The notes: generated from the letters alone by a model not told the origin. A DNA stretch of 64,000 bases from Takakia lepidozioides (GCA_030704615.1 CM060731.1:16678001-16742000); one strand, 5' to 3'; counted from the stretch's first letter, positions 1 to 11,950 are shown. A program made the numbers and translations.

Positions 1-1273
1 TTTGAGAAGAAGGAGCGTCATCTCTTGTATCTCAAGTGTTGTGACAACCATTTGCCAAGGAAGTGACTTCTATGGTGAAAAGAATGCATTGAGGGTTTGT
101 AGAAGCATTATTGTGCACCAAGGGTTTGAGAGCTTGGAAAAGAGCTTTTGCATCACAAGAGAAGCGTCTTGTATGTGGAGAAGATAGGCACTAGGGTTTC
201 AAGAGCAAGCTCTAGTTATTCGTGGTGTGAAAGAGAAGCCAAAGAGCGGCACATGCTTGGGTTAGAAACACCATAGAATGAGTACAACAATGATAGCTTG
301 ACTCGGAGCATTGAGTAGCTCAAGAGAAGCTAAGAAGTGGTTGTTTTATCCATGGTGAAATGAAGCCAAGTGGGGTTTCATTTGGTTGACAAACAAGCAA
401 GCTAAGGCGCTAGAAGGGAGTGCTTTTGCTAGTCTATGAGTTCTTGGATTGCTCTTGGTGAAGCAAGTGGTTGACCAAACAAGTGGCGCATGTGTGGAGC
501 ATGCTTTCCAAGTGCGGCTTCCAACTTCAAACTTGAGGAGAGCTAGAAGGTGAAGGGAACAAGTCATTCTTTTGTATATGAGGTGATACTTATGTGGAGC
601 ATGTTTTCAGCCCATTGAGGCTTCTATTTTCAAGCCTTGGAGAGCAAGAAGAAAGGAAAAGGGCTGGTTTCCACTTAGGTGAAGGAAAAGCACTTGTAGA
701 GCACATCTTTGAGTTGGGGTTTCAACCTTAAGCTTGAGGAGAGCACGACTCTTGAGCTAGTAAGTGAAGGGACTTGAATCTTCCTCTTTGCATGAGATGG
801 AGATGTATTGATGCTTGGAGAAGCAACACATAGAAGCCAAGAATGGAGCATGTGTGTGGATGGCCAAAGGAGAGCACATGAATGAGTGCAAGACTTGGTT
901 GCTTGTCAAATGAGGTAAAAAACTTTATTCTTGAGTTCCAAAGAGAAGTGAGGTTTGTTGTGTGGCAAATGCATTGCTAGATGACATGGAATCAAGCTTG
1001 GTTGTGGTTTGAGGTGAAGAAGATCAAGGTAGTTTGCCTTGGTATCTCATAGAAGCCATGGATGCTTGAGGAGAGCAAGCATGAAGCTCAAGGAAGCCCA
1101 AATCCTAGCTTGGAATGCACAAACCCTAGCATGAGATGCACATGAAACCCTAGGTTCATGGGAACAGTCACCAAAATGTGGGAACGGTCATCGTAGTCTG
1201 GGAACCATCACCGTAGTCTGGGAACCGTCATCGTAGTCTGGAACCGTCACTATAGGCTGGGAACATAGTGACA
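1..1273 (-). mobile_element. Probable LTR of a separate retroelement (truncated by the window edge), inserted into the 5' region of the downstream Gypsy element
   Basis: The minus strand starts TGTCAC at 1273, followed by a 20-bp tandem array. No credible ORF. Sequence character changes abruptly at 1273. The other end is not visible. Confidence 0.4.
1159..1273. repeat. 20-bp tandem repeat, ~6 copies (TGGGAACCGTCATCGTAGTC consensus)
   Basis: Units begin at 1159, 1179, 1199, 1219, 1239 and 1258. Confidence 0.9.
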
Positions 1274-1449
1274 CACAAAGACAATATAGACCTTTTGGAG
1301 GATTTTCAAGGGCCTTTTGGAGGATTGTTTGGGGGATCTTTAGGGTCCTTTGGGGAGCTTTTGGAAGACACTCTGAGGAGCTTTTGTAAGGCACTTTGAA
1401 GAGCTCTTGAAGAGGTATTTGGATGACTATTTGGAGGCCTATTTACAGT

Positions 1450-1650
1450 CCTTGAAGGCCAAGTTTTGGAAAGTTTTTGGAGCCTTGAAAGGCTATGTGG
1501 AGGACCATTTTGGGGTCTTTGAAGGCCAAGTTTTGGCAAGTTTTTGGAGCTTTTGGAAGGCTATGTGGAGGACCATTTGGGGTCTTTGAAGGCCAATATT
1601 TGGCAAGTTTTTGGAGCCTTTGGAAGGCTGTTTGGAGGGCTGTTTGGGGT
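1450..1650. repeat. ~68-bp degenerate tandem repeat (~3 copies) in the Gypsy leader
   Basis: GGCTATGTGGAGGACCATTT at 1491 and 1559, with a variant at 1626. TTGAAGGCCAA recurs at the same period. Confidence 0.8.
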
Positions 1651-2441
1651 CCTTAGAGGCGAGCTTGAGGAGTCTTTGGCGACTTGTTGAAAAACTATTT
1701 GGGGTCCTTGAGGGTCGAGATTTGGTAGGCTCTTGGGGCATTGGTGTACTGTTTGGAGTACCATTGTCCAAGCTTTAGGAGTCTTAATGAGATTGTTTGA
1801 GAGACATCTTGAGGGATCTTAGAGAGTTATTTGAGAGATCCTTGAAAGGTCTTGTCTATTGCTTAAGCAAGAGAGTGTGGAGATAGGGTAGTGGGATGAG
1901 AGCATGTTGTGATAGGAATTGCTTTAGTCTCTCTTCCTTGTAGTCTTCCACCCTCTCTGTAGGCCAAAACCTTTCCGTAGGTGGAGGCAAGAGTCAGTCC
2001 TGGTTTGGGCTGGGGTGTTTTGCAGGAGCGACACCGTGGAGTGTTTTTGGTGTGGGGGAGTTACTGTTTTGATTTTCTTGTGCTTGGATCCCCTCCACAC
2101 CTGCATGCTTGACTGTGCGTCATGTTAGTTTGTGTGGGCGTTTGTTTTCATAGGAGGTTGGTCCGGATTTGATCACCGGTCAATCCTAGAGCGTGCTGTT
2201 GATGGTGAGGCTGGGGTGATGACCAGTCAGACCATCATTGTTATCTTATGGTGAGGCTGGGTTGATGACCAGCAGACCATAGGAGTGCTTGCGGTGGATG
2301 CAGGTGAAGGTACAGGTTTATATTATGAACCTAGTAGTCTAAGCCATAAGCTGCAACAGGTTCTCTACCACGGTTACCTTGTAGAAAGGGGGATTAGAGA
2401 CAGGTTTACAACAGGTGTGGTTGTAACTTTTCATCACGGAG

Positions 2442-3815
2442 GTGCCACCACTTGCTGAGGAGAGTGCCGGTATGAACACCAGCGATACTAGTGGGTATAC
2501 AAGACGAGGTGTGCGGTTTAGGCCACCTTCACCTTCAGTGTCTTCTGAGGAAGGTTCAGACTCGGAGTCAGGAGGATTCTCGCCGAGGGTGCAAGTCATT
2601 TCCGTGCCATTGTTGTGGGATACGATGGAAGAGATGTATGGAGCTACCAAGGGGCCACGTAGGTACTCTGGAGCTGTGGGCACCATCGAGCTTGATGACT
2701 TCATACAAGAGTTTGACAGTTGGTGTGATTTGCAGCAAATGTGCAATCCACAACTGTTTACGCCATTTATGGCGTGGAAGGGGCTATTCCAACACCTTGA
2801 GGGGCCGCCCATGGATGATTACCATGAATTTAGGCGGGGACACGTGGAGTGGTGAGAGTATTGGTCACCTAACTATGTCTCCATCACTAGAGGCACAAAG
2901 GCAGCGGCAACACCAATAGCTACACAAACATCTCCAACTGCAAGCACTAGTAGTGGGACAAGTGGTACAGGAGCTGGGAAATCCACTCAAGCTCCTACTG
3001 CAGCACCAGCACCCGTGCCTGCCTTTAATCCAGTTGTGGAGTTCTTCGAGGAGTTGAGGAGAGACTACCAAGGGATAAAGACAGAGAAGTTGCGGAGTTT
3101 GCAAGAGATCCAACGAAGGTCTACTGAGAGTTTGAGGGAGGCTTACACCTGCATGAGGCGATTGATAAACGTAATCCAAGGGGTTACAGAAGCTCAGGCA
3201 GTCCAGTTCTGGTATGGGATCCTGGACAAGGCGCTGAGGAGAAGGGTGCGGGATGCAACTCTCCTACAAGTGAACCAACCCACCTTAGCAAATGTGTTTT
3301 TGTTGGCAGAGCGGATAGAGCTCAATATGGTGGATGAGCGAGTGGTTATGGTAGGGTTTGGCAAGGAGACACAACGAAGTGGGGCTCCTAGCCAACAACA
3401 ACCACTACCCCAACGTGTTCAAGGCAACAATGGGGCTCAGGTGAAGCCCAGGGAAGGACAGAGAGGATCTCAGACGCAGAGGTCTCTTCCTTCATTCTCA
3501 GGCCAACAACAGTTGGATGTGACTTGTTGGGATTGTGGAGGACCCCATGTCAAGAAGGATTGCCCGGAGAGAGGCAAAGGGCCGGTATAGGCACAGCCTA
3601 CACAACTACAGTGTGGGCATTGTGGAAAGTATGGGCATGAGGAGGCCCATTGTTATGGCTTGCATCCTGAGCTACGGCCAGGCCAATTCCAAGAGAACAA
3701 TGGTGGCCGAGGACAAGGCAATGTAGTCCAGAAAGGTAGAGGAGGCAGAGGTTGGGGTGGAGGTCGTAACCAAAACCAAGGAGCATAGGGTCAGGGTCAA
3801 GGTCATGACCAAGGC
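2442..3815 (+). pseudogene. Gag (capsid-like region plus two zinc knuckles)
   Basis: One reading frame interrupted by stops at 2853, 3588 and 3786. Motifs Q..TESLREAY, CWDCGGPHVKKDC and CGHCGKYGHEEAHC (CX2CX4HX4C), followed by an RGG-rich tail. Confidence 0.85.
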
Positions 3816-4559
3816 ATGGTGGATAGACTTGCCCAGCTAGAGCAACGTCTTGCTGCCATGGCCACTACTCATGTTGCGCCAGCTCCAAGGCTTGAGGTTC
3901 AAGCCCTACCAGCACAACCTCCTATGCCTAGGGAAGATCAGATTGGTATGGGCTTCATGTGTGGAGCCGCACTTGCAGGGCCATTGCATGTATTGGACTC
4001 TGCTACTGCTGTCACTCGAGCAGCAATGCGTGCTCCTGAGCCAAGAGGAGCGGATGTGGATTTTGATCCACAAAGGAGAGAAATAAGTCGTCAGACAAGG
4101 CTTCCACAGTCCTTTACATTGGCTGAGACAGTGCCACCTACGCCATCATTGGCACCCGCTCGCCCAAGTGTGTCAGAGGTAGAGCCACGAGTGTCATTGG
4201 GGAGAGTTGGTGTGGCTCGGGAAATGCCAGTGGGTGGTGCTACAAAACAAGGTGCAGCCAGTACATTGTTGGGGGCGGCTACGGCGGTTTGCCAAGCTCC
4301 ATTATTTTCTGCCACGACAATTGCAATGTCGGGGATTCGGCCAGCTGCAGTGTTTAGACTGGCAGCTGCACTCTGTGAGAGTGGTGATGCATCGGCACTA
4401 TCTGCGGGGATAGCGGATAAGGTGCAATGCATGAATGCCCTGGATTCAAGGGTGAAGACAGCCACAGCTGCGCTATGGCAAGCGGCAGCTGCAAGGTTGC
4501 AGGAGTTGTCAGCTAGGCCAGCCATTGAGCGCAGTATGGTGACTCATGGGGTAGTCCTG

Positions 4560-4910
4560 GTGGACAATCAGGATGGTATGTTTCAGTTGGGTGGCCCAGC
4601 CGGGAGGAGGTATAGGCCACTGCGGGTCTTATTGGACTCGGGAGCACAGCCATTGATGTTGGGAAGAGCAGCAATTACACAGATTTGGAGCCTTGTCATT
4701 TCCAAATTCAAACAGCTTTGGGTGGTTCAGAGAAGGCACAAGGGATTACACGCCATGAGCTCTTCATTTGATTACAGCCGGATCATCCTATGGACGGCTC
4801 CGTCATGAGAGCTAAAACCATTGTTACGGACGCGATGTCCTATGATATGCTTGTTGGTGGGGCGGTATTATACCCCATGGGATTCACTCTGGACTTTTGG
4901 GAGGAAACGG
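4560..4910 (+). pseudogene. Retroviral-type aspartic protease
   Basis: VLLDSGAQ (LDSG at 4632-4643) in frame with Gag. After a frameshift near 4680 comes the C-terminal YDMLVGGAVL motif. Confidence 0.85.
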
Positions 4911-5327
4911 CAGCCTACAGGCCGGAATGTCAGTCAGGAGATGGCCGATGTGCACTGCTCTCAGTGCGGTTTATTGGGAATGTAGCGGTGGATCATAGGA
5001 ACATGATGCCCACATTGGCTCCATTCTCACGGGTGGTGGCTTGGGGTGGTGAGCTCTTGGAGGGAAATAACCATGCAGATGATAGGCCACCACCTGATGA
5101 GGACAAGCAATTGGCATACAAGGCTGAGTTGCTTCCTCATGTTCATGTACATAGCTCATTGTGGAATACAGTTGGGGATTTGTAGCGAGTGGCAAGCCAG
5201 TGTGTGCAGCAAGCATGGCAGGAGGCCTTTTCCATCGGTAGGTGAGGGGAGTTCAGTTACATCACCTGGACCTCCTCAATTAGCTTCATTGGACACAGTG
5301 CCTATTATCTGGCAACAACCTGACTCA

Positions 5328-6260
5328 GGCATTTGTTTACTAGACCTGTTTGGAGGCATGAGCACTGGACTTGCAGAAGTGTTGCAAGCAGGAATCAAAG
5401 TACGCAAGTACTTGTATGTGGAGAAGGATGAGATTGCTTGGTGTGTTTCCATGTGCCATGTTGCCTTGCTCACACATCAATATCCTGAGTTGTTGCCTCT
5501 CTCAGCAATTCAAGGGTACCAAAAGACATTGCCAGCAGACATTACCATGCTGGGGGCGGAGGATTTGGATCGGCATGATCCCATTGACTTGGTGATAGGA
5601 GGGTGGCCTTGCCAAGGACATTCACCCGCATGTCATGGTAATGGTTTGCAAGATGCACGATTGCATCTGTTTTGGGAGATACTGCGAGTGTTGCGTGACT
5701 TGCAGGTGAGGCAAGTGCAACCTCTAGCTTACATCCTGGAGAATGTTCCTCTCATGGGGGATTCTCGGGCCAGGGTTATGGTCAGTGTACATCAGATCCG
5801 GTCATGGATTGGCTTAGCTATATTGTTGGATGCAGCTGCAGTGGGTTCACGGGCACATAGGCCTAGGTTGTGGTGGACCAATCTTGCACCACCAGAGTTG
5901 CTCAAGAGAGCCTATGATTCTATTCAACAGCCACCCAACCTCACGGTTGAGGGCATTTTGGACCAAGGGAGGCAACCACAGAGAGTGCAACATGATGATC
6001 GTCTAACTTTGGCGGTGGTCAATCGAGTGGGGTAGCCACGTGCAGCCTCGCCTACGCTCATGAGCTTTCCCTCGTCTCATGTTTTTCGAGACAATGGTCC
6101 TGGGTTGATTTGGGACAGTGTGCTACAACAATTGGTGGAGCCCAATGCGGATGAGCGAGAGCGGGCACTACAGCTGTGCCAGCTCTGTCAGAAGCATCAC
6201 GACGCCAGGTGTTGGGTCAGGCAATGGATCTCAATTGCTTGATATGGGTCATTGGCTTGT
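5328..6260 (+). pseudogene. DNMT3-like C5 cytosine DNA methyltransferase domain embedded in pol
   Basis: Motif I LLDLFGG (5337-5357), II YVEKD, IV DLVIGGWPCQ (PC at 5607-5612), VI LENV (5736-5747), VIII DAAAVGSRAHRPRLWWTNL, IX-like ERERA, X RRQVLGQAMDL (~6200-6235). One stop (6033) and a small deletion/frameshift near 6170. Confidence 0.92.
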
Positions 6261-6699
6261 GTACGGCTGAGCAACGGAGATTGCAAGCATTGGTGGCTAC
6301 TTCCGCACTCCCATTGGATATTGCACCCTCTCTGCCAACCGGGACGGTGGAGGCAGTGAGTGGGGGCGAGCACAGGATCATGGGGTGCAAACACCCATGG
6401 CAGATATGGGATGAGATGCGCAAAGAAAAAGTTATTGGATCTCTCAAGCAACAGTATGAGGAGTGGGGAGAGCCATACACTGAGGATCAGTTGGAGGCCA
6501 AGGTGGCTAAGGTTTTTGAAGAGGTTGGCGATGTGTCTTCCCCAGAGGATGTTCTCAAAGTGGCTATGGCGGAGCAAGTGGAGGCTATGCCACAGTCAGG
6601 GTGGGCGGACAAGGCCCAAGAGGTTGCTATCTAGCAACCAAAGGATGCGTCTCCTACCTCCAAGCCTGGTGTACCAAAGGTTGTAGTCACTAAGGACAA

Positions 6700-8130
6700 C
6701 TGGGAACTAGATGTTGGACCTACAGTCACCGGAGGAGAGAGGCGGAGGATCCAGCGATTTCTAAGGGCTTATAGAAATTGCTTTGCCTTCGGTTTGAAGG
6801 ATTTGGGGAGTTTGAAGGGCCAGGAGATTCGTATTGATTTGGCAAGTGACACGCCAATTTTTTTCGAAGGCCCTACAGGTATAGTGATATAGAGAGGTCT
6901 TCGATCCAGTCACGGACTATGGAGTTGTTCGAAGCTGGATTGGTGGAGTTGTCAGGCGGGGAGTATGCTTCGGCAACGGTGATGCTAGCTAAGAAGGATG
7001 TCTATGGCAATTGGACAGAAAGAAGGATGTGTGGGGACTACCGTCCTGTGAACCGTCAGACTAAGTCCGATAGATATGCCATGCCAACTCCAGAGGCGAT
7101 CTTTGATGTCATTGGGTATGCAAAGGTGTTTAGCACATTGGACTTGCGATCCGGTTACCACCAGTTGCCAATCAAAGAGGCTGACAAGCAAAAGACGACA
7201 TTCTAGGGGATTGACCAACATGGGAAGGATTGCTTGTATCGATGGCGGTTCCTACTGTTTGGGCTGAAGAATGCTCCTGCAGAGTTTCAGAGGGTCATGG
7301 ATAGGATTCTTGCGGGGCTAGACTTTGCCCAGTGCTACATTGATGACATCATTATCTTTAGTGCTACGATTGAGGAGCACAAGAGACACCTTCAGATGGT
7401 GTTTGAGCGCTTGAGAGCGCATGGGTTGAAATTGCACCCTGGGAAGTGCAAGTTCTTCCACAACCAGATTGAGTATTTAGGCCACATGATATACCCTGGA
7501 GGATTGGGTGTTCAAAAGACGAAGGTGGAGGCCATTGCACGCATTCCACGCCCCATCGATGTTAGCAGAGTTCGTGTTTTTATGGGGTTGACAAAGTATT
7601 ATCGACGGTTTGTCAAGGGATTTAGCAGCATTGCAAAGGCTCTTACCAAGTTGACCAAGGTGGGTCAGGAGTGGCAGTGGGAGGAGGAGCAGGAGAAAGC
7701 CTTTGAGGAACTCAAGGCTCGATTGACTTCTGCGCCTATTCTGAGGCGGCCTATTCGGGGGCGGTCTTTCCAGCTACATACGGATTGGAGTATGCTGGGG
7801 ATTGGAGCAGTGCTCACACAGGTGGATGATGAGGGAAGAGATTTTGTAGTGGCATATGCTAGCCGCTTGAACAATGATGTCGAGGCGAAGTATAGTTCCT
7901 ATGACGGGGAGTATCTAGCTGCAGTATGGGCAGTGACACATTTTAGATGCTACCTCTATGGCAATCTCTTCACCTTTGTCACGGATCACCAACCATTGAA
8001 GTGGTTGATGGAGTCAGACAAGCTTACAGGGAAGCTTGCATGGTGGGTACTTATGCGTCAAGAGTACAACTTTCAGGTGGTGCATCGAGCCGGTATTGTC
8101 AATCGGGATGCAGATGGATTGAGTCGTAAT
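6700..8130 (+). pseudogene. Reverse transcriptase + RNase H (Ty3/Gypsy)
   Basis: RMCGDYRPVN, FSTLDLRSGYHQ, FGLKNAPAEFQR, YIDDII (7336-7353), KCKF, YLGH; RNase H motifs LHTDWS, TDHQPL, DADGLSR. Confidence 0.97.
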
Positions 8131-8482
8131 CCATGCACGAGCAAGCATGATGATACTGGAGCTCTGTGGCATGGTGAGACAGATGAGGAGATGGTGCCAG
8201 GATTGCATGCATCGACCTTTTTGTGCATTCTAGCAATGGGAGCTCAAGCTGGTCCATCCCATGCGATTGGTCATGTAGATAGCGTGCATGACGATCCAGA
8301 AACTAGTGAGGAGTTCGGTGGTGCTAAGGATTTATATAAAAATGCAGCAGTGTTGGCCTACCTTCGTACTGGAGAGACAACAAACCAGTGTGACTACTAC
8401 GGAGAGAGATCAGATCCTACAACGAGCCAAAAGGTTCAAGTGGGAGGGGACTCACCTACTCCGAGTATAGGAGGATGGACGA

Positions 8483-9600
8483 GTGAGGATTGTGCCTCAT
8501 CCAACACAGCGAGCGCGATTGGTATGCCATGCCCATAAGGAGTTGGGACATTTTGGGGTGCGCCACACTCATAGTTTGCTGCAAGGACAGTATTGGTGGC
8601 GGGGCATGCACACGGATGTACAACAGTTAGTGACAAGGTGCATGGTGTGTGATAGAGTGCGGGCTTCTTTCAACGCCCCTACTCCACAATTGCATCATTT
8701 ACCCATTATGGGTTTGGGCTATCGTTGGAGTCTTGACTTCGCAGGCCCATTGCCACTGACGATTCGCCATAACAAGTATGTGCTAGTGATGGTGGAACAT
8801 TTCTCCAAATGGATTGAATTGGTGGCATTGCTTGACAAGGCAAGTGAGGGGGCTGCGTATGCATTCTTAGACCAAGTGCTTAGCCAATTTGGTGCTCCAG
8901 CCGAAGTACTCACGGACCATGGAAGAGAGTTCTTGAGGGAGTTTCAAGCTTTGTGTGAGCAAGCCTTGATAGATCACCGCACTACTTCTCGGGATCATCC
9001 CGAGGCTGATGGCTTGGCCGAGAGGGTTGTGCAAACAGTCAAATGAGACTTGTGCAAGTATGGCTTGCAGAAAGGATACTTGGGAGATTGAGACCTTCAG
9101 CTACCTTGGTTGGCCATGGGCTACAGGTTTAGCAAACAAGCATCGCTTGCCTCGTTCTCGCCTTATTTCCTTCTCTTTGGCCGAGAGCCAGATTTGCCTG
9201 TATTTATTCGCATGAAGACTGCAATAGTCCTCAACCTTGATAATCCAGATGTGTGGACACAAGCATGTACCCAGCGGGCAGAGTAGTTCAAGAGAGTCAT
9301 GCCTATGGCTTTTGAGAACCTTGCTATTGCCCAACACCGAGACACATTGAGGTACGTCATTATACGTGGAGGAGGATATTGGCCAGGTGTTCAGGGTTTC
9401 CATCCTGGGGACTATGTGTATCTGCAGCAGATAGCGCCTACGACCTTGGATGTCACAGGAGGTCGTGTGATTCTAAGGGTCCGGGAGGTGTTGCCTTCAG
9501 GAATGTTGATTCTGGAGGGTCGAGATGGCATGGTATGGAAGGACCATGTGCGCAATTGTGCGCCATGTCACCTTCCACATGTGGATGGAATGATAGATCC
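8483..9600 (+). pseudogene. Integrase
   Basis: HHCC zinc motif (H..LGHFG...CMVC) and DDE core SLDFAGP / TDHGREF / DGLAER. Stops at 9044, 9088 and 9284. Confidence 0.95.
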
Positions 9601-9631
9601 CAACCTTGTAGTGGTACCTGCAGGGTTACGT

Positions 9632-9766
9632 TGCATGCTCTGTGGGCATGCTGGTGGTGCCGCGACCATGTTGGTGTGTGACAAATGCTCAAGGGGGTGG
9701 CACATGGGATGCTTGACACCGCCACTTGAGGAGGTTCCTAGTGGAGAATGGTTGTGTCCACGATGC
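9632..9766 (+). other. PHD finger (C4HC3) at the integrase C-terminus
   Basis: CMLC...MLVCDKCSRGWHMGCLTPPLEEVPSGEWLCPRC has all eight ligands plus the conserved W. The polyprotein stops at 9773-9775. Confidence 0.93.
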
Positions 9767-10027
9767 CTTGGATAGAGGTAGTGGGGCATGACAGTGGTGA
9801 GGTTGACAAGTGATCCAAGGTCTAGCTAACGGGAGTTCAATGCCATGGACACCCAATTGAAGCCATGGATTGCAGGAAGGCGAGTAACGATGGGGCTACT
9901 TTTGCACCCGGCCTCTTGATCTATTGCCTTCAGATACTGGGACTTGGGCGATTGATGCCCAAGCGATGATCTTATTGGGATGGATACTTGTCAGCTATCC
10001 GGTGTTAGAGGGACCTAATCACCAGCT

Positions 10028-10037
10028 AGGGGGGAAA
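10028..10037 (+). promoter_or_regulatory. Polypurine tract
   Basis: AGGGGGGAAA lies just upstream of the TG start of the LTR at 10039. Confidence 0.8.
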
Positions 10038-10038
10038 T

Positions 10039-10576
10039 TGTGGAATAGTTTTCTAGGATTATGTGCTTAGATTGTGTGGTGGACAGCGATGTATGTTGTG
10101 GCACGATGCTTAGGTGCACGACAGCTGTCATGGTTTTAGTCATGGTTATCTAGAATTACCTACTTCTAGTTAACTAGGACATTTTAGATATTTACATTTA
10201 TATTTTGTGTGTTGGGACTTCATTTGGTCTCACATGTCAAGTGAGGTGTCGAGCCTCACTTGGGACATGGGGATAGGTTTTCCCCTTGTGAGGATGGAGG
10301 AGGCTCATCTTCTTGTAGTTCAGCCTCCATGAGCCTCTCTCACCTCCATAGCTCTAGGTATTGAGAGGGAATGTGGTGAGGGCTTTGTAGGGTGGATTCC
10401 CTTAGCAAGGATGCCCTTGGCTTGACTTAGTTTATGTGATTGAATGGATTCATGAGTGGAGGGTTTCCATTATGTTCACTTCCATTATCATTGTGGTATA
10501 GCTTTCTAGGATTGTGTGCTTAGATTGTGTGGTGGACAGCAATGTATGTTGTGGCACGATGCTTAGGTGCACAACA
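10039..10576 (+). repeat. 3' LTR of the Gypsy element, containing 85-bp direct repeats at both ends
   Basis: Starts TGT after the PPT and ends ACA before AT-rich flank. 10039-10123 and 10492-10576 are near-identical. Confidence 0.7.
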
Positions 10577-11820
10577 GAAACATCAACAAATTAATCATAA
10601 TATGATTGAAAATGAAGATAAAAAATCCAAACAAATGCGTTTCAAGTGGCTGCCAGCTCATGACCAACCTGTTCTTATGTTTACGTGTCCCCAGTTCCCA
10701 TGGTTAACTACCTCCATCATATTCATATGTTTACGTGTTCCTAGTTCATTGGTCATATCAACCCATATAAATATCCACCCCCATATATAAACATAGTTAA
10801 ATTTCGGTGAACATATTTTAACAAATACCGAGATTTATATTGTAAACGATATCATGTACGCCATCTGAGTACTATTGTGCACTTCATCTAACGTACAGAA
10901 ACACAATCATTTTTGTCTCTTTGCCACATGGGAAGCTACTGTTGCATTGTTCTTAAAACATCATTTAGAATATAAATCCGACTATAAATCCAAAGATATG
11001 TCCGAAATTAATTATTTTGGCTTTCCATTATTTTGTTAATATTCCATTATATAGATAAGCACAGATTAGTCATATTTGCTTGTTCTCGACAAATGCAGCA
11101 ATGTATCTAATGAAGAACACGATCATGAAGAAAATCAAAACAATTTTGAAGATGTAAAAAAATATATAAATAATTTTCATATGAAGCTTTAATTAACTAA
11201 TGTCTCAAAATATTGCCACATCTCACCTATTTTAAATGCTAGATAATATTTTATATCAATGTGAGGAGGAGCCATTACGCTACTAGCCGCTTGTTTAGCA
11301 CTTATAATTGTTTGTTTAGTGTGATTGGGATAGTCAATATTTAATTCAGATTTACGAATATTATCACATCCCAAAAAAAAAAAACAAAAAAAAACATGAG
11401 GTATAAGATGGCATCCAAATTTTCCTTGACAACATCGTGATGATATGATGTTGTCAAGGTGGCATAATCCACACTTGTGAGAATGATTTACTTATAGGTG
11501 TTATTTCTTTATTATTATTTTAAAATAAAATTTAGAATGTTAAGTTATTGAACATAGCTATCGATGCTCATCGCATTGATTAAGCCGTATTTACGTCTTC
11601 AATGTATTGTTCATAATGACAACTAGTAGATTTCAGCTTCACTGTCACCACGATGGATCTTTTAGCAATTTCCAATGGCGTGGGGCCACACAAGTTTACC
11701 GTATTGATAACAACAGGATCTCTTGCTTTTTCTACCACACATCCGGGTTTCTATCTGGATATAAAGGACGCTATAACCTCCAGTTATCAATATGAGCCAG
11801 ATATTAAAACTCATATAACC

Positions 11821-11950
11821 AGAAGGAAGAAGAAGAAGAAGACTCCGGAGGCCAGCGTAACTAAGAGCCACTTCGTCTTGCGGCTACTGCGCCCTTTCAG
11901 GGGTGGGCCCTATGTAAGAACTTGTGTCCAGGGGACACCAATGGGATAGA
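11821..11950 (-). mobile_element. Very short 3' remnant of a LINE with a (TTC)n tail
   Basis: Shares the 70-nt 3' motif with the elements ending at 23031 and 31673, and ends in a trinucleotide tail (GAA repeats on +). Confidence 0.7.

Larger units (their letters stand above)
1274..10576 (+). mobile_element. Ty3/Gypsy LTR retrotransposon, degenerate, with DNMT3-like and PHD domains; 5' LTR not in the window
   Basis: Domain order is Gag(CCHC)-PR(LDSG)-[C5 MTase]-RT(YIDD)-RH-INT-PHD, then a polypurine tract and a TG...CA LTR. Multiple stops and frameshifts. The left boundary is approximate. Confidence 0.93.

Noticed and set aside
5046-6035. Stand-alone host DNMT3 gene or bacterial restriction-modification methylase
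   Set aside because: Intronless, with no separate start or flanks, co-linear with protease and RT, decayed like the rest of pol, and with no partner nuclease.
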